Shown: in pieces, positions 58,151 through 64,000 of the stretch
How the letters are laid out: each line of letters begins with the position of its first letter
How positions within the stretch are numbered: the first letter of the stretch is position 1
From: Tubiluchus corallicola
Taxonomy: Eukaryota; Animalia; Priapulida
Direction of reading: 5' to 3'
NCBI GenBank assembly: GCA_030141605.1
Contig: JAQGDQ010000003.1
Coordinates: forward strand, 868,001 to 932,000
DNA: 64,000 nucleotides
Position numbers and translations under genes: made by a program
The notes under the pieces: model-generated
Told to the model about the DNA's origin: nothing
Database searches by the model: none
The model's input: the letters and a program-made list of their open reading frames with translations, nothing else

Positions 58151-58632
58151 TGACTAATTCTTGAAGAAACAAAAATGAAAGTTAATGTTAATGATGTAGC
58201 AAAATTTTACAGTTAAGCACCATTCACGCCCATGCAATAGTTGTGATTTTGTTATTTTCTTTCTGCATCCGTGTCCCAAGAAACAAAACAGAATTCCGCT
58301 GTTTTGCAATTTATTTTCAATCTATTTTTCACCGAGCTAAGACTGCAGTGCAGGCGGCTTCACGAAACATTTGCATCTAACTGTTAAACTAATTTCGATT
58401 ACATGTATCATCTTTTACCATTTATTGTGAAAGAAGGCACTATTCAATGAAATGAAAACTAGAATAGAATAATGAAGGCACTAATTTCCACGGCTTTACG
58501 CCTATTTAACCTAGCCAGTTTGCGATGACTGAGAGAACTCTGGTTACCCAGCGTCTTTGATACCATTTAGGTTTAAAATAGTAAATTCAACGACCTGCTA
58601 CTATTAAATTTCAAAAGGTGAGCAATAGTCGC

Positions 58633-58706
58633 CCAATGGCACCCACAGCGGAGAGCTCTCAGTACACCTTGCCATGGTATTTGACGTCATGGCTACTACC
58701 TAAATA
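58633..58706 (+). promoter_or_regulatory. Candidate Na,K-ATPase alpha core promoter: CCAAT - CRE - TATA-like
   Basis: CCAAT 58633-58637, TGACGTCA 58682-58689, TAAATA 58701-58706, about 120 bp before candidate ATG 58823. Confidence 0.45.
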
Positions 58707-58822
58707 TTGATTGTGTATACTCGTATGATATGTACGTTCATTATCTGTTAAACACCGTGGTAGCAACATGAACCTGTACTGATATAAGATCCACTGATAA
58801 AGCTAACCCTTTAGAAGGAGAG

Positions 58823-58864
58823 ATGGCAGCTAATCAACATGGAAAACAGGTGACACCTCGCCAG
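58823..58864 (+). CDS. Candidate first coding exon of Na+/K+-ATPase alpha (MAANQHGKQVTPRQ)
   Basis: GAGATGG Kozak context, in-frame stop upstream, strong donor CAG|GTATGT in phase 0, matching the phase-0 acceptor at 63532. No homology support. Confidence 0.45.
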
Positions 58865-61800
58865 GTATGTCATTCCAGTGTGCTTATTTTAATAATTTTG
58901 GGAGGCTAATAGTTAAACATAGTCTAGTAATTTTTTCACGAAGCTCGACTGTGAGGCATAGCTGTCACTATATTATTAATTTTCTTTTTGGTTACTCGCC
59001 TGCAAAGGACCATTTCGCCGTGATATTGTATGTTGTTCTCGTTTTGTTAAACCCCATATTTATCATTCCCATGAGTTGCCGAAGTGGATGTACATGTAGT
59101 TATTATTTTTATAAGATAATAATTATGTAAAATTTTGTTTTTTTTAAATTGTCGTTTTCCAGGTGACATGATAATTGGCAAACAAAAGCCCATTAATAAA
59201 ATTCACACTACAATAAACGAAATACGCCCCCCAAAAATTTATCTCATCTATTTAGTTTATTGTATAGTTTAAATTTCAGGCATTTCTTTTTTAATCATTT
59301 CTCACCTTCTTTGGGAGAAATTACAGTATAGTCGCCTATTTATCCGTGCAAGTTCGGACAATTTCAATGGCGTAGGTTTAACAATAAAATTTACCGTCGC
59401 CTTTTGCATTCCGTGACGATTATTCAAATTTATTTTGATCGATACACCTGGTTGCTATGGGCAGATTCCAGACTGAAAGCTTATTCATGATTTATTTAAC
59501 TGAGCAACTGTTCCATGGCTGGTGAGGTCTGCTATTAGTATCAGAATATTGTAATAGCCAAGCAGCCCACGAGTCAGGTATATTTTCTCTCTATGGCGTT
59601 ACTATGGCGTCTACTGGCTCCACTTGCTAATGTAGGCGGTGGTGGCAGGATCGGAATCTATCTCATTTTCAAGGATAACTATAAGATGACGCACTAGAAC
59701 ATGTATGGAACCTGAAAGAGGTGTTTTAGCTACAACGGATGTGGATACAAAACATTCCTTCTCAACGAGACAGATGAATCCACACAGAGCTAGTTTTCCA
59801 GGCAGTCAGTCATCCATTTACTAACCTGGCATGGCGTTACTTCATTTCGGTTGCTGAGGGCGCACTCAGCCGCTTTATTCATTCTAAGCACAGTGACACA
59901 ATTATAGGCCCAGATCCGATACCTTTTGTAATTTATTCGTATACACGTGCACATATTATCTTACAATTTTATTGATTATAATGTCACGATTGAGAAACTT
60001 GTTAAATAAATTACGTCCGTGCTGAAATGTTGTAAAGTTGTAACACATACCACACGAAAACTCAAAAGAGCACATTGCAAAACTGTAATGTTGCTGCTGT
60101 TGCAGCTACTGACAACTATGTCGATGACGACGATGGCGATGATGATGACGACGAAACTAACTCACAATGATGATGGTTTGTGACAAGATTAATGATTTGC
60201 GTTTCTGAGTAGCGCCGTACGTAAATGAGTAAATAAGTAGTAAGTAAGTAAAGTAGAAATTTCATCTCAAATTAAAGGTTCATAGACTTAGTATAAATGA
60301 TATAATTATAATTGTAAGCAGGACTTTTTTCGCCCAAATTTCCGGACATGCGGGCAAAGTATTGGGTCAGTTATCTCCCGTTATTTAACCCAGTGCCTAC
60401 AGTTTGTCCCCCTTTCTTCTTGTGCAAGTAACTAATAATTGTAGCAGTAAAACGAAGATGTTTTTGTCCCTGTTATAACTTTTGAAATATGCCCTTATCA
60501 TATGTCTTTTACGTTCTGATTGACAGTCTCACACAAAAATGATGCACATTTGCTGATAACACGGCAAAAGTCCACAGTGTTTGACGTAATGTGTGACTTA
60601 AATACTTTGAGATAGCCCAATAGTCATCAGCATATTTATTTCAAAGCATTTGAGTTTGAACAATAAAAAAGAAATGAATGACCATAATTCGAATATCAGT
60701 ATAACCAGCTTTTTATTTGGAATACTTTTCACGAGTTCCTTTTTTGAATTTAAACTTCGAAACTTGGGGATGTTCGATTAGAGGCTGTCGTTTTCACTGT
60801 AAAATGCTCTTAAACCATTAAAAAGTCGCACAATAAAAAGGAAGAGACACGACGTCTCAGCCTACTCTGGCGACTACCAGTGCCCAACGTTCGCGTACTG
60901 GAACATCAGATATTGGGGCTGAAATTTGAAAACTAAATAACCACTAAAATTTTTGTTGTATATGTAATGGGTAAGGAGATGTAATAGCAAGTGCTACACA
61001 GCATAAACAGATATCAAAGGTTTTTTAGTTTTCAATGAGCTTTTGTACTTTAATGCCTGTTCTGAAGCGTGACATCTTTCTACTTGGCGACACCTGGTTG
61101 GCTAAACTAAACTTTCAAAATGTGCCAGTAAACTGCAGATTTGTTTGACTAATTACCAGTATTATGATTAGCAACAAAGACAACGTTAGCATAGACTTAG
61201 ACAGCAGCAAACCTATGTAGGAACGTTCTAGACAGTCGACTTTTTTCGAACGCAGCAGTGGGCTAAAATCAGTCTTGAAAAACCGAAGAAGAATGATTGC
61301 TCTTACAGTTCTTATTGTGTGTTGATAGTTGTGGCTGTACCGGAACATAATATCCGATCTTTTCAAAGTCAGAAATATATTCATGAATATTGAAAATAAT
61401 TTTCTGAGATAAATCGATAGAGATGCCTCAGGGTATCAATGGGATCAATAGCTGGTGGAAATCCATCCATTTAATACCCAGGCCTAGCGTGGCTACTTGA
61501 CTATTCCTCTCGCCTATGATTTAATATTACTGTTGTTTTTGTAATGTGTTGTGATTTGTTTGCGGACATTTGTTCGAAATAAAATTCTGAATTTGACTTC
61601 GTGTAGATAGAGAATTACGGACAAGTTTTTTTTGAAAAGATGGAGTAGGTGGAAAATGCGGACAATGCTGTCTACAACACCCACAATGGGATGGTTAGCC
61701 TGTCTAACATACTAATTTAACTGTTTCTAAAGTAGGCCTAGTTGTATTATTTCAAATTTCAAATTCCATATAATAGAATTAACTGGATTTTATTGATAAT

Positions 61801-62196
61801 GTATAAAATATTGTAATAAACAACGCATAATGTTATAAATAACCAATAATGTAACAAAAAGCTAGTTCACAATGTAAGATCATCAAAATGAATGTCATAA
61901 TAACCTGTTGAAGTTTAACGGTATATACACAGCACACAAAGTTACAACAAAAATATTTAACAGTAACACGTCCAACTCGATCGTTAAATTGCACAACCCC
62001 GATAACTTTGAGTTACCTTTTACGTAACATAGGTATATTACACGTAACACGTAAAGTAATTTATCAGCCAATATTATATTGTTATAATTTTATTTTTCTC
62101 AATAAATCATCAGTGAACTTTTGTACTTCACTATGTTGTTGTTGCTGCGTGTTCTATTTTTTTTGTAAAACGCATTAAATGGCTTACTTATTTGCA

Positions 62197-62256
62197 GACT
62201 GACTGACTGACTGATTTACTTACTTACCTACTTACTTGCTTACTTACTTACGTACG

Positions 62257-62354
<98 letters not shown>
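62197..62354. repeat. (GACT)n-(TTAC)n tetranucleotide microsatellite, followed by degenerate (AAC)n
   Basis: Directly visible. Confidence 0.97.
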
Positions 62355-63531
62355 ATAACGACAACAGCTGCAACAGCAACAACAATAACAACAACAGGAA
62401 CAATTTCTACAACGACAATGACAACGAAAAGGACAGCAGGTTCGCTTTATATTAAACTTTGTAGGCCGACGCTGAATTTTGTTTATAAAATTACCTAGCT
62501 TATATAAGGTAGTAAGAAAGTCCAAGAATCCGTAATTATCACAGTTTGAGCCATATAGTGAAGTTGGAAAAGCTTATTGCTGTTAGTAGAGACCTGCGAC
62601 AATCTCGAATTCGAGCGCTTCGATAGCTCAGAAGGATCAAAGGTTTATTTACTTACTGCCATACGAATTAATACAAGAGAACTGTAAATATTAGCCTGTA
62701 GGGGCTTGACATTTATCTACAGCATTTATGCTACATTGATACTGAATAATCAAGTATATCAGAATAAGACTTTTATTTTTTGCATTTAAATTTTCTCCTT
62801 TTCGCAGTCGTCAGCAAGAGAATGCTACAAGCCACTTAAACCTGTAGCTACTCTAATTAACTTTGTATAGAGGAACAGGCCTACACTGTTGCTGAACACT
62901 AATGAAAATGAATTCTGAATGTTTTCGCATAATAAGCACTTCAATAGTGACTGCAAAACACGTGTTTACTGTATTATGTATAAAAGAAATAAAGCAATGT
63001 TTTAGCATTTTTGAAATTATACATCCCGATTAATTTGAGTTCAATAAACTCCTAATAATTGTCGCCCAAACCAGTGCAAGGCCTGTATACACTTACCCGG
63101 CTATGCGATATAATCAGGCAAATGCGTTACATACATTTTTATCTTACTATACTGATTTCGTAAGTATTCCTGATCAGCCGTTATGGCGCGTTCAGACTAT
63201 TGAGTTTCTTGTTAAGTAAATTAGCCAAGTAACTCGCAAGCGTGTTCAGGCCTAGAGAGCAAAACTTGGTGCGACTTACCTTCCGACAGTAAGCGCGAAC
63301 AGACACTCACTTCTCTTGTCCTAGCAAGAAGTATCGAGAGTAACTCGACGAGGCGTTCGCAGTGGGCAGTAAATCAACTCGCAGCAACTGAAGGAGTTTG
63401 TAATAATTTCATTAACTTGCCAACAGTAACTCGCAAAATAGTTCACATTTGTGAGTTTGCTGTCAGGGAGAAAACTCGATAGTCGGGTTAGCGTATATTA
63501 TATTATACTCTTTATGTTGCTTTATTTTTAG

Positions 63532-63930
63532 GAAAGCAATGGCTGCTGGTCCTACATGCCATGGCATAAGAAAAGTCAGGCAGAGCAAGATGATCTCGCT
63601 GATCTCAAACAGGAACTGGATATTGTACGTTTTGTTTGTTTGCTTGCTTCTTGTTTATTTGTTGTTTGCAATTCAGTAGATTAAATTCACAACTGTAGTT
63701 AATTCCGAAATACCAGATGCACAGGTAATCATTCAGATATAGTTCATGTAGTTATATACATGTATTATTTTGCATGACGTTACTGTTATTATTTACGTTG
63801 GCTTTTTTATGTTATTGTTTACGTCCCCCATATGGTAACTAATTTATACAAATTTTGTTGAATTTTTCAGGACGATCATATTGTCCCATTGGAGGAGCTG
63901 GTTTCGCGTTTAGACTCCAATATAGAAATG
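63532..63930 (+). CDS. ATP1A: Na+/K+-transporting ATPase alpha subunit (P2C ATPase), N-terminal exons; continues beyond window
   Basis: Exons 63532-63624 (ESNGCWSYMPWHKKSQAEQDDLADLKQELDI) and 63871-63930 (DDHIVPLEELVSRLDSNIEM) match the family motif 'LxxLKxExxxDDHxxxLxELxxR' with GT-AG phase-0 introns. Confidence 0.82.
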
Positions 63931-64000
63931 GTAACTACACACACTAGTATTATGTTGGCCAGTTTACATAATTTAATTAGATGCAGAAAAATGCAAAAGC

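Noticed and set aside
62216-62354. Regular repeat array as possible CRISPR or telomere
   Set aside because: Simple TTAC tetramer without spacers; not TTAGG/TTAGGG.
62617-62631. GCTTCGATAGCTCAG resembling a tRNA-Tyr 5' end
   Set aside because: No D-loop continuation, anticodon arm, T-loop or acceptor stem partner.
63070-63480. AACTCG(CA) repeats with AGGCCTG ends, possible Harbinger-like MITE
   Set aside because: Probably TE-derived but TIR and TSD could not be delimited consistently.
63539-63624. ATG GCT GCT GGT... as Na,K-ATPase start
   Set aside because: Out of frame with the DLKQELDI motif; the exon begins at the 63532 acceptor.

Overview
AT-rich, intron-containing eukaryotic (invertebrate animal) genomic DNA; the bacterial-style ORF track mostly shows exon fragments or noise. 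I assembled five genes by hand from splice sites and reading-frame phase: the first coding exon of a prominin-like gene (-), a complete 20-exon salt-inducible kinase SIK3 (+, 3633-34421, about 1153 aa, one GC-AG intron), a complete 12-coding-exon TOM70 (-, 50344-38677, about 568 aa), Mediator subunit MED24 encoded almost entirely in one 3-kb exon (+), and the 5' exons of a Na+/K+-ATPase alpha-type P-type ATPase (+). Introns and spacers hold many non-autonomous DNA transposons (hAT-, pogo/Tigger- and Kolobok-like, some nested, several with intact TSDs) and microsatellites. Best leads: (1) the intron-poor MED24 may be nested antisense inside a 7.7-kb 5'-UTR intron of TOM70, whose promoter would be the TCTCGCGAGA/ETS site at about 58.1 kb; (2) SIK3 has a C-terminal KA1-like domain and a PxIxIT (PQISIT) calcineurin-docking motif made by splicing; (3) CRE clusters in SIK3 intron 1 and a CRE before the Na,K-ATPase suggest CREB/CRTC feedback. 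No RNA genes, CRISPR arrays or autonomous transposases were recognised. All calls are by eye, with no database searches.
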